Positions 11,745 to 23,239 of a stretch of DNA of 64,000 nucleotides are shown piece after piece. The stretch is from Nemertoderma westbladi (Eukaryota > Animalia > Xenacoelomorpha). How positions within the stretch are numbered: position 1 is the first letter of the stretch; each line of letters opens with the position of its first letter. The notes under the pieces were generated by a model, which saw only the letters and a program-made list of their open reading frames with translations, did no database searches and had not been told where the DNA came from. The stretch spans positions 1 through 64,000 of the forward strand of contig JAUCBJ010007309.1 in assembly GCA_032718475.1 (NCBI GenBank). Reading direction: 5' to 3'. Made by a program: the position numbers and the translations under genes.

Positions 11745-13410
11745 AATGTTAAATTTAATGTTGCCTATATGCTAGATACTGTTTTCAGTTAATAAGTTTG
11801 TGAAGAATTTTAAGTAAATAGTATATAAGTTAATATTGTTTCTATAGGGTGATGTTTGGTTTTAAACGATTATTATTTTTTACTAAAAAATAGCTGATTA
11901 CAACAGTCTCACATTTACTGAAGAAATTTCATATTTTTGAATAAATATAACAGTACTTACTCAGTTTTAAGGCTTACATTTTAATTTTCACATTTTTTAC
12001 TCAAAATAGATAGATAGATAGACAGTTTGTTGTCAAAGAATAGTTGAGGAATGTCTCGCAAAGTTTATTCATGGAATTTTTCAGTGAATCTAATTTCGCA
12101 ATAAAAAAATGTCAAATTAATAATGCTAAAACCCAGCATCACTCTGTAGAACCAATATATTATAAAAAATGTAATATTGTTGCCAAATGACCATACAAGT
12201 AATGGCGGAAATGTTGACAAGCCCAGTTTAGAGCCCACAACTCCAAGAAGTGTGGTGCATCATATTGCTGTTGATCATTGTTTCTATGTTTTGATGCATA
12301 AGCAATAATGAGGTGTAATTTGTTGTCAATGGTGCTAATCTGTGAAAGTATGGCGGCAAAACCATTGCCACTTGCATCAGTTTCAAGTACAAATTCTTTG
12401 TTGAAGTCCGGGTATTGTAAAACCGGTGTAGTGATAAGTCGATTCTTTAGTTCCCAAAAATCCTATCCGTGTTTAATTTGTCCAAACAAAAGGCGTAATT
12501 TTTTGGAGTAAATTATATAAAGGTTTTGCGATTTTTCCGTAACCTTCAACAAAACGCCGGTAATAATACGTTAATCCAAGAAAGATTCACACTTCTTTTA
12601 TATTTCGAGGTTCAGGGTAATTTATAACTTTTTCGATATTATTGCTGGATCAGGACTAATCCCATTTCGTGAAATAACATGTCCCAGACATTTTATTTCT
12701 ATCTGACTAAACTTACATTTCTTTTGTTTCAACTTCAGATTTACTTTCTTAATCCGTTGTAAGACAAGTTTCAGATGAATCAGGTGCTCTGTAAATGTAA
12801 TTGATTTTACTATACCATCAATAAATACATGGAATTGTTTATCTTCTTCAGTTGAAATGCCGTTCAATAATTTCTCCATAGTTCGTTGGAAAGTAGCTAT
12901 TTCCACCATTACTTGTATGGTCGTTTGGCAACAATATTAAATTTTTTATAATATATTGTTTCTACAGAGTGATGCTGGGTTTTAGCACTATTAATTTGAC
13001 ATTTTTTTATTGCGAAATTAGATTCACTGAAAAATTCCATGAATAAACTTTGCGAGACATTCCTCAACTATTCTTTGACAACAAACTGTCTATCTATCTA
13101 TCTATTTTGAGTAAAAAATGTGAAAATTAAAATGTAAGCCTTAAAACTGAGTAAGTACTGTTATATTTATTCAAAAATATGAAATTTCTTCAGTAAATGT
13201 GAGACTGTTGTAATCAGCTATTTTTTTAGTAAAAAATAATAATCTTACAGTATATATGTTTAAAACCAAACATCACCCTATAGAAACAATATTAACTTGT
13301 ATACTATTTACTTAAAATTCTTCACAAACTTATTAACTGAAAACAGTATCTAGCATTATATATAGGCAACATTAAATTTAACATTTTTTTTTAGTCAAAG
13401 TTAGATTCAT
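11745..13410. repeat. About 470-bp AT-rich repeat in inverted pair (11745-12212 and 12899-13410) flanking a Gypsy fragment
   Basis: Shared text, e.g. GCTAGATACTGTTTTCAGTTAATAAG...CATACAAGTAATGGCGGAAAT and its reverse complement, with a few mismatches and indels. Confidence 0.9.
12213..12898 (-). pseudogene. Gypsy/Ty3 pol fragment (RT C-half + RNase H)
   Basis: ORF 12622-12909 (EHLIHL..VLQR..KKCKF..LGHVIS..GISPDP); downstream minus-strand LQYPDFNKEFVLETDASG; first 83 nt identical to 10606-10688. Confidence 0.88.
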
Positions 13411-13837
13411 GTTCCCTTTGAAGGCGTTTCTAAATTTATTCAGGATAAAGCCGCCCAGCGGGAGCAGAGTGTATTTCATCTTTGATAATTGCCAAATTAT
13501 TCATTTCTCTAGGTGGTGTAAATAGAACATCTTCCCGTGTGTGGATTATTTATTTTCCACGACAAATGTAGTTAACACTTGTATTTCCAGTTGTAATATA
13601 CTATTTGTGTATCGATTATGGAATGACCGATCTTATAACCTTATAATCTTATAATATGACTTCATAACCTTATTGAATTAATTATTATTATTAACTATTA
13701 AAACCTTATTTTATTAACTAAACAAACAAACTAGCTTTTATAATCATAACAATATCTCACTTGATCATAATACATGAATTATATTTCACACATTGTCACA
13801 CCTACCTTAAGATAGTGCTTCAATGTCTAGCTCACAT

Positions 13838-16190
13838 TTCTATTAAGTTCTAGAACAATGTCAGTGAATCTACCTTTGACTAAAAATAAATGTAAAATTA
13901 AACGTTGGATATATAGCTAGATAGTGTTTACAGTTAATAAGTTTGTGAAAAATTTTAAGTTAATATTTTTTTCTGTAGCGTGATGTTTGGTTTTTAACAT
14001 ATATACTGTAAGTTTATTATTTTTTACTAAAAAATAGATGATTACAGCAGTCTCGCATTTACTGAAGAAATTTCATAAGCCAAAAAAAAATTCATTCTTC
14101 TTGAAAAGCCATTCATCTTGCCCTCCAATCAATCCCAAGGAGAGAAGCATAGCTGTTCGAAACTGGGTGGCTAAGAACATGTATGAAAGATGTTCGAATT
14201 ACACAACCAGTATACACTTCTCAATCTGCTTCCCAAAAGAAGGGAACGGAACATCATAACACTAGAAAGGCTAGCAAGATTAACCAACGCAATCATCGTC
14301 GCACCAATTCATTAGATAACCTTCCCTGCACAAAGCCTGTTGCTATTGAAATCGGCTGTGACAGTGAAGCACATAATAATATTAGACTCAGGCAGCAGTT
14401 TATTTTATCAAGAACCAAATCCGAGGAATCCCACTATGAATTCCCCGAAGACACAACCAAAGGAAACATCAACAGAGGCAATGAATATGACTCTGACAAA
14501 ACTCAGCAAAGCTATGACATCATATGAATTCATTGAAACAGCCAGGGCGGAGAGCATCATGCAAAATCCAAAAGAAATTTTTGCTAGGTCCCTAGTGCCA
14601 CTTGGCTTAGAAAAAGTCCACAACTTCTACAACTGACATATCTAGAAGTCCACAACTTCTACAACTGACATATCTTCACCATCAGAGACTGATGAGTATA
14701 TAACAGTAGATAATATATCAGACAATTCAAATGAAACTGGAATGGATCCTACTTACTCATACAGCATAAAGGAAAAGAAAGGTGAATCCCTGCAAGGAAG
14801 TCAGGTACCAACAAACATAAGAAAAGACTCTGTAATAATCACAAACCCATCAGTGAAATGTCCCTCTACTCTAGAACAAGTCCTCAAAAACAATGACACC
14901 TGGCAAGAACCAAAAAGACCTGCCAAACCAACCTTCAAATCAAAGATCCAGATGCAGCACAACATTAAGACTGAAAACAAATATAGTGAACTAGATAATG
15001 ATACCAAAATTACCATACTTCTACAACAACAGACTGATTTCTTGGCGAATCTAAATAATGTTTCCAAAGAAACTGTCAATCTAAGAAAATCACAAGGTAG
15101 TAAGCAAGAATGAACACAACAACTTTAAGCAACATCAAACGAGATACGAACAAGAAACCCAACGAAGCACCCCTTCCAACAAACGGAAGCAGTAGAAGCA
15201 GCACAGATATGAAGCGGAATAATAAAGGGTTTGATCTACACTACAAAACCTCTAGGGATTCATACTGGCACAATAACAATCAAGCTAACTATAATGGTAA
15301 TCAATATAAATCTATCCTGCAAGATAATAATAGGCATACGGAGTATCTGAGGAACTCTTGGAGACATGCCCCAGAATCATCTCGACACCAAAGTCAAACA
15401 TACCAGCAGTATCAGAAGCACAGAGGGAGTAGACATGATTATCCACATCAACACTTCCCAAACCCTCATCTAAGAGACCAATCTGAACATACCTCGTACC
15501 CCAGTAATGACCAATGTGGCATAACCTATGACAACAGGTATTACAACCGATCCAACAGAAGTCATATGGCTAGGAATCGTTTTTAAGCTGGCTCCGAGTA
15601 TCACAACTGGAGACCTAAATTTCAAAAATGCTGGAAATACGTGTAATATTTTGCAGAGAAGTGAAATCAGTCGCCATAGGCAGCATATGAAGGATGATTT
15701 GCAACATGACAGCAAATTCTATTAAGTTCTAGAACAATGTCAGTGAATCTACCTTTGACTAAAAAAAATGTAAAATTAAACGTTGAAATGCTAGATACTA
15801 TTTTCAGTTAATGAGTTTGTGAAGAATTTTAAGTTAATATTTTTTCTGTAGCATGATGCTTGGTTTTCAACATATATACAGTAAGTTTATTATTTTTTAG
15901 TAAAAAATAGATGATTACAGCAGTATCGCATTTACTGACGAAATTTCATATTTTTAAATAAATATAACAGTACTTACTCAGTTTTTAAGACTTGCATTTT
16001 AATTTTCACATTTTTTACTCAAAATAGATAGATAGACAATTTGTTGTCAAAGAATAGTTAAGGAATGTCTCGCAAAGTTTATTCATGGGATTTTTCAGTG
16101 AATCTAATTTCGCAATAAAAAAATGTCAAATTAATAGTGCTAAAACCCAGCATCACTCTGTAGAACCAATATATTATAAAAAATGTAATA
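13838..16190 (+). repeat. Two further copies of the same AT-rich repeat (13838-14077 partial; 15717-16190) bracketing a 1.6-kb insert
   Basis: Both begin TTCTATTAAGTTCTAGAACAATGTCAGTGAATCTACC; the first stops at GAAATTTCATA. Confidence 0.88.
14078..15716 (+). pseudogene. Degenerate low-complexity coding fragment, possibly a retroelement ORF1/gag-like region
   Basis: A-rich strand-biased broken ORFs 14183-15586 (N/Q/S/T/K-rich; motif TENKYSEL resembles LINE ORF1 'N(R/K)(F/Y)xxL'); internal short duplication around 14616-14673. Family not identifiable by eye. Confidence 0.35.
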
Positions 16191-16759
16191 TACTATATTA
16201 ACACTGACACATTGACTTACCTACACATAGTTGCAACACTACAGTGTATACATGAGACATTGTTTCATAATGTTACATATCGAATAACACTATTACTGCT
16301 ATATCTAGCACATACTCACCACAACAATCAATACCCTACATCTAAACATTAATTATCATTCCATCTTATATTCAAACGTAATTAACCTGTCAATATTGTA
16401 CTGATAATGTATGTAGAACAAGTAAATTATTATTATTAGTTATATGTATTTCGTATTAATTAATATGCATTTTATGCTATCGAAATCATTAGAATAATTG
16501 GATCTCGTTGGTAACATATGCTATAGTATAGAATTCAATGAACAATAATTTATAATTGATACTACCACAAGCTATTTGTAAACATCTGCGACCAGTTATG
16601 ATGAATAAATCGATATTGAATAATTATTACTTGGCATTCAACAGCTATAACTCGGATATTTATCGCCTTTTTCTCTCGAGGTTGGGTGGAAGAGTGGGTG
16701 ACGAGTTGTGAGGAGTTATAACAGTCCCGAGTTTGAACCCGGTTGAATATTTTGTTATC

Positions 16760-17041
16760 TGAAAAATTGCGAAATTAAATTTAGTTACTGGTGAAAAATA
16801 GTAGAAGTTACCTGTAGACACCTCTAGCGTCTGTAAAATAAAGGTTGGTAAATATGAAAATACTGGTTGCTGAAAAATAGCGATTTGAAAAATAGTAGAC
16901 GTTACCTGTAGACACTCGTAGCACCTGTAAAATAAAGGTTGGTAAATATGAAAATACTGGTTGCTGAAAAATTGCGATTTGAAAAATAGTAGAAATTACC
17001 TGATGCTAAGTGTAGACACCCGAACACCTGTAAAATAAAGG
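16760..17041. repeat. Subterminal tandem repeats next to the right Polinton-like TIR
   Basis: Three units containing GAAAAATAGTAGA..TTACCTG..TAGACAC..CTGTAAAATAAAGG, roughly 90-100 bp apart. Confidence 0.85.
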
Positions 17042-17510
17042 CTTATGATTGGATGCAGTACTAGAGTTGGGTGACTAATAAAGCCTCTAGCGGAATAAGC
17101 GGGAACTTGAGAAGTTACCATGGTTACGGATGAAATGCTGTCATCTGATTGGTTGAAATAATAACGACCACTGGTAAAGGTTGAAATGGTGGCTTCTGAT
17201 TGGATGCAGTACTAGAAATGGATGGTAATGATGGGCTACGGGTGACCTTGTGCGGAGGGGCTAGCATCCTATACTACTCCCGTTTCCTCTGGAAACCACC
17301 TCATCTCCTTGCCCCTGTTGGCGTCCTGTCTTGGGTGTTTCTATTCTTCTTGTTTGCTCTTTAGGGCATTCATCCACGCCGATGCAGCTTTGCCAACCCC
17401 CGTAGTTGGAACCTTGGGTGCGGCCGTTACCATTTCGGGGTATCGTTTCGCTGGTGGTCCCACTGAGTGTCCCTCCTGCTTTCCTCTGGTAGCATCCCAA
17501 AATATGATCT

Positions 17511-18214
17511 TCATGGCACGTGGTATATGTTCTGCCAGAAAGCTCCAAACTCCATTCTATTCTCCGGTGACCACCTATTGAGGTACCATTGGGTGTTAAT
17601 AACCACTCCGTGTGATGCCGCCATCGCTACCTCCTGGTAGGTGAATGGCAGTCTCTTTCTAGTGATCTCTTGGTGGGCCTCCTTGTTAATGTTAAAAAAC
17701 CCCCACCAGAACTCTTGGGCGTTCATCCTCTGTCTGGTCATGACACCGATGTTGGCCCAATCCTCATAAATGCGAAACTTCTCCTCGTTGTCCATCCAGT
17801 CGCATTGAAGCTCAAAGTGCCCCCTAAATCTGCACTTACTACATGTATGGTGTAGCTTTGGGCATGCACCCATCCTATGGGTGGAGTCGTGGCAGTACAG
17901 ACACGTTGCCCCTTTCTCGTAGCGATACAGACAGTTATTCTGCTGGTGGGTTAACCGCACACAGTAGTCGCAGCCGTCTATCACAGTCTGCCTCCCAAAC
18001 TCGTCCTTGGCCCCACGCAACCGTTGGGATCTGTGGAGTAATTGTGATATTGTAATACTGTGGTATTGTAATACACCAACTCGCCCTTATGCCCTGGGTG
18101 GTCTACAAGACCTTCAAAGGCAGTTCTAAAGGCTCTCCTGTGGTTCAGAGGTCCTCCCATCAGTAGAAATGCCGTTGGCTCTTTGCCGATGACCACCGTC
18201 ATGAATAGGTTCAC
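17511..18214 (-). pseudogene. Extra ORF downstream of BEL integrase with three CCHC zinc knuckles
   Basis: CDYCVRLTHQQNNC, CLYCHDSTHRMGAC and CSKCRFRGHFELQC each fit C-x2-C-x4-H-x4-C; frameshifted relative to ORF 17981-18214. Confidence 0.7.
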
Positions 18215-19650
18215 TAACCAATTATTATCCAGTCCTCCTGTAAGATATACCTCTTCTGGTATGTCTTAATCGTCCCCCTTCGGAAGTGATATAACTCCTC
18301 CCTCCCCGATCTCGCGCCCCACTTGAGTGAGTAGTATTTGACTACCCTGGCTAGCCTCCAGTGATTGTTGATAATCGTGTCGTCGATCACGATTATTAAA
18401 TCACCCTTCCTAAGCTCCTTCTGACTATTCCTCCACATGCTTCTGTTGTGCAGCGTTGGCAGGTACTCTTGAATCCACCTTTTCCAATACTCTGCACATA
18501 TTGCCTTAGCTACCTTCCAGCTCTGACGCGAGTTTATATCGTCTGGGTCGATATTTCGCATGTCTATCATTGCTGGCCTCTCCATTAAAAGATGTGCTGG
18601 CGTAAGAATGTCCAGCGTCTCTGGATCATGGTTCTCGAGATACAGCGGTCAGCTGTTGAATATCCCCTCGCACTTTGCCAGCACCGTCCTCAATACATCC
18701 TCGGTTACCATATGATTGTTCATGAGCTGCTTTGAGCTTCCTACTAGACGTTCTACGCAACCCAGCATATGCGGTGCATATGGCGTCCTCCTTTCCCATC
18801 TAATCAGGTGCCTCCTCATTGCCCCCTTAACATCCTCTCCCTCCCAAATGTCGAAGGCCTCCACCAACTCATTCTCTGCTCCAATGAAGTTGGTCCCATT
18901 ATCGGAGTAAAGCACTTTGACTGTTCCTCCTCGGCGGCTCATGAATCTTTCTAGCGCATTGATAAATGCCGACGCCGTAGCGTCCTGCGCCAGTTCTATA
19001 CCCACGGCCCTTGTGTTATTACATACGAAGATTATAACGCAGCGCTTCTCGTTATGCCACAACCTTGATCTTTATCAGCCCAAACATGTCCACGCTACTT
19101 TGTGTGAACAGTGGGTCGTGATGCCTCACCCTAGTTGTTGGCAGTGGTGCCATCTCCTGCACGGCCCTCTCCTTCTTCATCCGCCGGCATGTCTGCAATT
19201 GCCCCACTACCGCCTTCACCATCTCCAAAGTTGAGTTATCCACTATTTATTCCTAATCGCGTTTAAGGTTGCATTGGTACCACCATGAACTATGGTCTTA
19301 TGGGCATCCCATATGATCTGGTGAACAATTGATGACTTGTTAGGGATTATTACTGGCTTTGGTGGAACCAAGGCACTGGTGTTATTAGCCACCCTGGAAT
19401 ACATGACCAGGATTCCATCCTCATCCAGTTGCGGCGACAGCGCATGGATCCTGCTATCCTGTCGAAGACATTATTGATTCTTAATACAGTTAATTTCGTC
19501 CCCGAATGCCTTCCCTTGCTCATATTTTATCACGGCTTTGGCCGCTCCTTCCAGATCAATGGTGGGTTTAGGTTTCCTACCCGTACCAGCTCCCCTGACG
19601 AATTCTCCACGAATATGCCACAAACTTCTTCGTCTTATACCAGCTAGAGC
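18214..19650 (-). pseudogene. BEL/Pao integrase region (degenerate)
   Basis: QEMAPLP..RV..F....VDMFG, FINALERFMSRRG, YSDNGTNFIGA, ERLVGS, and Pao C-terminal YWKRWIQEYLPTL..GDLIIV..WRLARV; several frameshifts; RT is missing. Confidence 0.9.
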
Positions 19651-19699
19651 TATAAACGTGTAGCCTATCCGTGGGTTATCACTCAACTCTATTGTCTTA

Positions 19700-20700
19700 G
19701 ATTGTGATGACACCTCCTTAACCTCCCTCACTAACTGGCTGAATATCCCCTCCCCCTCCGATTCGTTTCCCTCATCCTCCACTACTATCTCCTCTCCCTT
19801 TGGATCTTCCTTTTTTTTCTTTACACTCTCTCGCTAGCCCCCTCTCCCTTTCTAACACGCAGTCCCCTCGTCCAACTGCCTCTCTAACTCTCTTTGGTCT
19901 AGCTCGACCATGTCTAGCTGACATGCCAGATCTTTCTCTAACACCCTTCTTGCTTTCGCAGAGTGTGAAGCGGACTTTTCGGTTGCGACGGACTCCCGTC
20001 GCCTGCCGGTTTTACTACTTTTATTGTGCTTGCTAGTGGTCTTACCAACGGACAACACAGAATCCTCTGGATTTACCTCGGCTTCGGCTTCGTTTGAAAT
20101 TGCCCAACCCACTAACTTAATGCCCTGTGCATCTACTAGATAAGGCCCTATGTACACTACACCATACGGCATCATCCCCGATCACCACAATTCATACAGT
20201 TCTGTGGCGACCTCTCTCGCCCTCTCATTCGCCAACTTGCCCTACCCAAATCGGACTAAGTAGTGAAAATGTTTATTGCACTCACCGAGTCTGCGGTTTA
20301 ACTTGGGCTCGTCTACCTTTCCTCCTTTCTTGGCATCATTGAGGATCTTTCTTGTGGTGATGTACCAACGTCATAGGCGACACTGGCCGCCCCACGATTG
20401 CTGTTCCGGTGGGTCATTCGCCGCCGGTAGCCACTGGTTGGCTGGTGACCCCGGCGCTCTTCTCGCCGCTCTCCTCCTGTATCAACTCACGTTCCTCATC
20501 ACCTCGTACTCATCCGCCTTCCACTTCTCCAACCAAACAGTCGTTCTTCGGCGAATCTGGTGTGGCAGGCTGGTACCACCTAGTCGCCGCCTCCCAAATC
20601 ATTGCGTCTCTGTCGCTGGGAGTGCGCGGCAGACTTCCTCCCTTCTCCGAACCCTGGGGCATCGTTGGTTCGCTCATCTCGTTTCTTTTGATGTTCATCA
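19700..20700 (-). pseudogene. Degenerate BEL gag N-terminal region
   Basis: Broken charged/low-complexity ORFs directly after the 5' LTR; Cys/His remnants (ECNKHFH; DAVWC) hint at PHD-like fingers. Weak. Confidence 0.4.
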
Positions 20701-20740
20701 CAAAGAAGCAGGTTTAAACTATTTAAGTCGCGGTTTAAAC

Positions 20741-21350
20741 TGTGACGGGATCCGAGTTTGCGAGAGATCCCGACCAGTGTATGTTTCGTGGTCAATACGC
20801 GTCGGCGCGTCCACTGATGTGGTTGTCACTAAAGGCTTGGGGCCGAAAGGCCGAAGGCTGGTATAATAAAGTTTGAGTTTTAGGGTAAACCCAATTATTG
20901 TTGTTAATAATCTCAGAAGTATGAGTACCGGTAATATAGCACAATCAGTATTGCACAATGACAGCATTAACGACGACAGTTTAAACTGTATAACTTATAC
21001 CCTGAATAATAGCCAACTTGATCATAATTAACACTGAGTAACAGTTATATGGACATTGCATAGGAGGTTACACACATTGCTTACTGTATTGACCTATCAG
21101 TAAATGCGCAGTAATTGATAGTGTACCGCCCCACTATTGGTTGGTTTTCCTCCCCTAGCCACTCCCTGTCTTTCCTGGCCCTGTGTTGGCTTCCTCCTGA
21201 GATGTGTTGGCATCTCTCTCTGCTGGCAGTGTATATTGCCTTATTCCCTCTAGTATGCAATATTGCATTGGGCAATATTGCATATCTAATCGTGATTCAT
21301 AAATCACGATTTTCCCTATTTTCCACTGGGTGGTGCAGCGTCCGCTAACA
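20741..21350 (-). repeat. 5' LTR of BEL/Pao element
   Basis: TGTGACGGGATCCGAG...CCGCTAACA followed by TSD ATAAT. Confidence 0.92.
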
Positions 21351-22750
21351 ATAATATAGATTATCTTGTCCTGTACTGTACGTACATACAATGTTAGGGA
21401 TAGCTCCATGAGGATTATCCTCGTTTCCATGGAGGTCCCTTTAAAAAGTGAACGCAGCGTGTAGATAATTAAAATAACAATTTAATTTGTTAAAATATCC
21501 GAATGGTATTACAACCAGCTTGTACATATTAAATTTAGAACAATGGAATATTAAACAGAGTGGGAAGTCCTGCAGATGTAGTAAATAAAATCACAACATT
21601 GGTCTATAGGGTCTGTAACATCCAACCATATAGAGAAACACACAGCGAGAAGCACACAGGGAGAAGTGTGTAAAAGCTTTTGCGGACAAAAAAAATCATT
21701 TTGAGCAATGCGCTGAAATACTCTAAAGGACTTATAAACTTATGCATCTACGCATCTGTCCAAAATCAGAGCTGAGATGAAGAAATCTACCAGCTGTTTC
21801 TTTGTGTAGGACGTGTGTTATTTGTTGACATATTTCAGCCAATCATCGCGATCTCCCTTTACCTGTGCTCTGTAGCCTATGTAAAATGACGCAATGCAAC
21901 AAATTTCTCAGAATTCATTCATTCTGATTTTCTGGCTGTTTTGACTTTGCCCGGAAACATCAGTGGCTTGAGAGAGTCATAAGAACGCAAATCTATTAAC
22001 ATTTCATAACAAAACATATTTCATACATCAATTCATACCACAATTCTGAATTCTGATACTGCAACATAGCTGTTGCACCGCTAACACCGTTTTTTACTGT
22101 TTTATAATATTGTTTGTTGCTGTTATATATTAATGGATGTTATATTTGGAGAATACTGATGAATAACCGTTAAATCCCCCTTAACTTTCTTAATTACTGA
22201 GGTAAGCAGAAGGGTGTATCAGTAGCAATTGTAGCTCAATTTATAGTGGTCTGTATGAATTTAATGCTATTTCATAACCCCAATGTATGTGAGTTGCAAT
22301 CCTCCTTATATATGACTAAAATCGGTGACAGTTGGCAAATCAGTGTGTGTTAGTGAGATTATTGGTACAGAAATTGAGTGTGAAGGTTAATAAAGCATTC
22401 ATAAATCCATTTGCGTTATCTCACGGCCACTCGTTGTAATTAGTGCAGACATAATAGTGATACTTAAAGCGCCACGCCCCAACGGAACTGTTAATATTTC
22501 CCTGAAAGTAAATATAGTTGTCGGAGATTATATAGTAGTGATCAATCGAATAATACAAAATAGCCTACTTCATTCTCTACAATAGAATCCAGTCTCCCAC
22601 ATCCATGGGTCATACGCCGTGCTAGACTGGCTTCAGCTGATGTCATTTAGTACGGGCGATTATCAACTCCTAAGACACTTAAATTAGCGGGTTAAACTGC
22701 TAAAGGTCTAAATGCGCGAAGAAAGTGCGACACTGATTGATGTGCGACAC

Positions 22751-22841
22751 TGACAGCTGATTGGCTAGATCAGTGTGACAGCTGATTGGCTAGATCAGTG
22801 TGACAGCTGATTGGCTAGATCAGTGTGACAGCTGATTGGCT
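22751..22841. repeat. 25-bp tandem repeat, about 3.6 copies
   Basis: Unit TGACAGCTGATTGGCTAGATCAGTG, containing CAGCTG and ATTGG. Confidence 0.92.
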
Positions 22842-23239
22842 GACAGTACAGTAAGTTATCTGTAAATAGGTTTTTGCCCAGATCACCGGTGGTATCATAA
22901 TAGACAAAGAGTTAGTGCGTTTAGAAGGACCTTTTTCTAAGTGACCAAAAATATAATTTGAAATGAAATAACTGAGTATATTTCGGGCAACAGCCCTTTA
23001 TCAACTCAATTCAGTTAAACTGCATGCCGGTGTAAAGTACAGAAATACATGCAGGACTAAACAACTACAGGACTAAACTAGTACTGTACAAGACAGTCTT
23101 TGATTCCTTACTGGTAAGTGTTAGTAAGGTAAGTGGTAAGGCTGTCTAAATTACTACTAATTGCATCAAATTGATAGAACTGAACAATTGTACCTATTTT
23201 GGTTCCTTTTTTTGGCCATTGCATCTCGGGCATTAATTT

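Larger units (their letters stand above)
10446..17278. mobile_element. Non-autonomous element with Maverick/Polinton-type termini
   Basis: 155-bp TIRs (10446-10600, 17124-17278) appearing identical by eye, starting AGTAGT and ending ACTACT; 6-bp TSD CCCGTT (10440-10445, 17279-17284). No pPolB, integrase, ATPase or capsid ORFs visible inside. Confidence 0.82.
9087..21350 (-). mobile_element. Degenerate BEL/Pao LTR retrotransposon with nested insertions
   Basis: Two roughly 610-bp LTRs (TG..CA) in direct orientation; 5-bp TSD ATAAT at 9082-9086 and 21351-21355; PPT GGGGGGGAG (minus) at 9705-9713; Pao-type integrase remnants at 18.2-19.4 kb. Confidence 0.88.

Noticed and set aside
16690-16755. 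Pol III-like A/B boxes with a T-run inside the Polinton-like element
   Set aside because: B box imperfect (GAGTTTGAACC) and no convincing fold; not supportable by eye.
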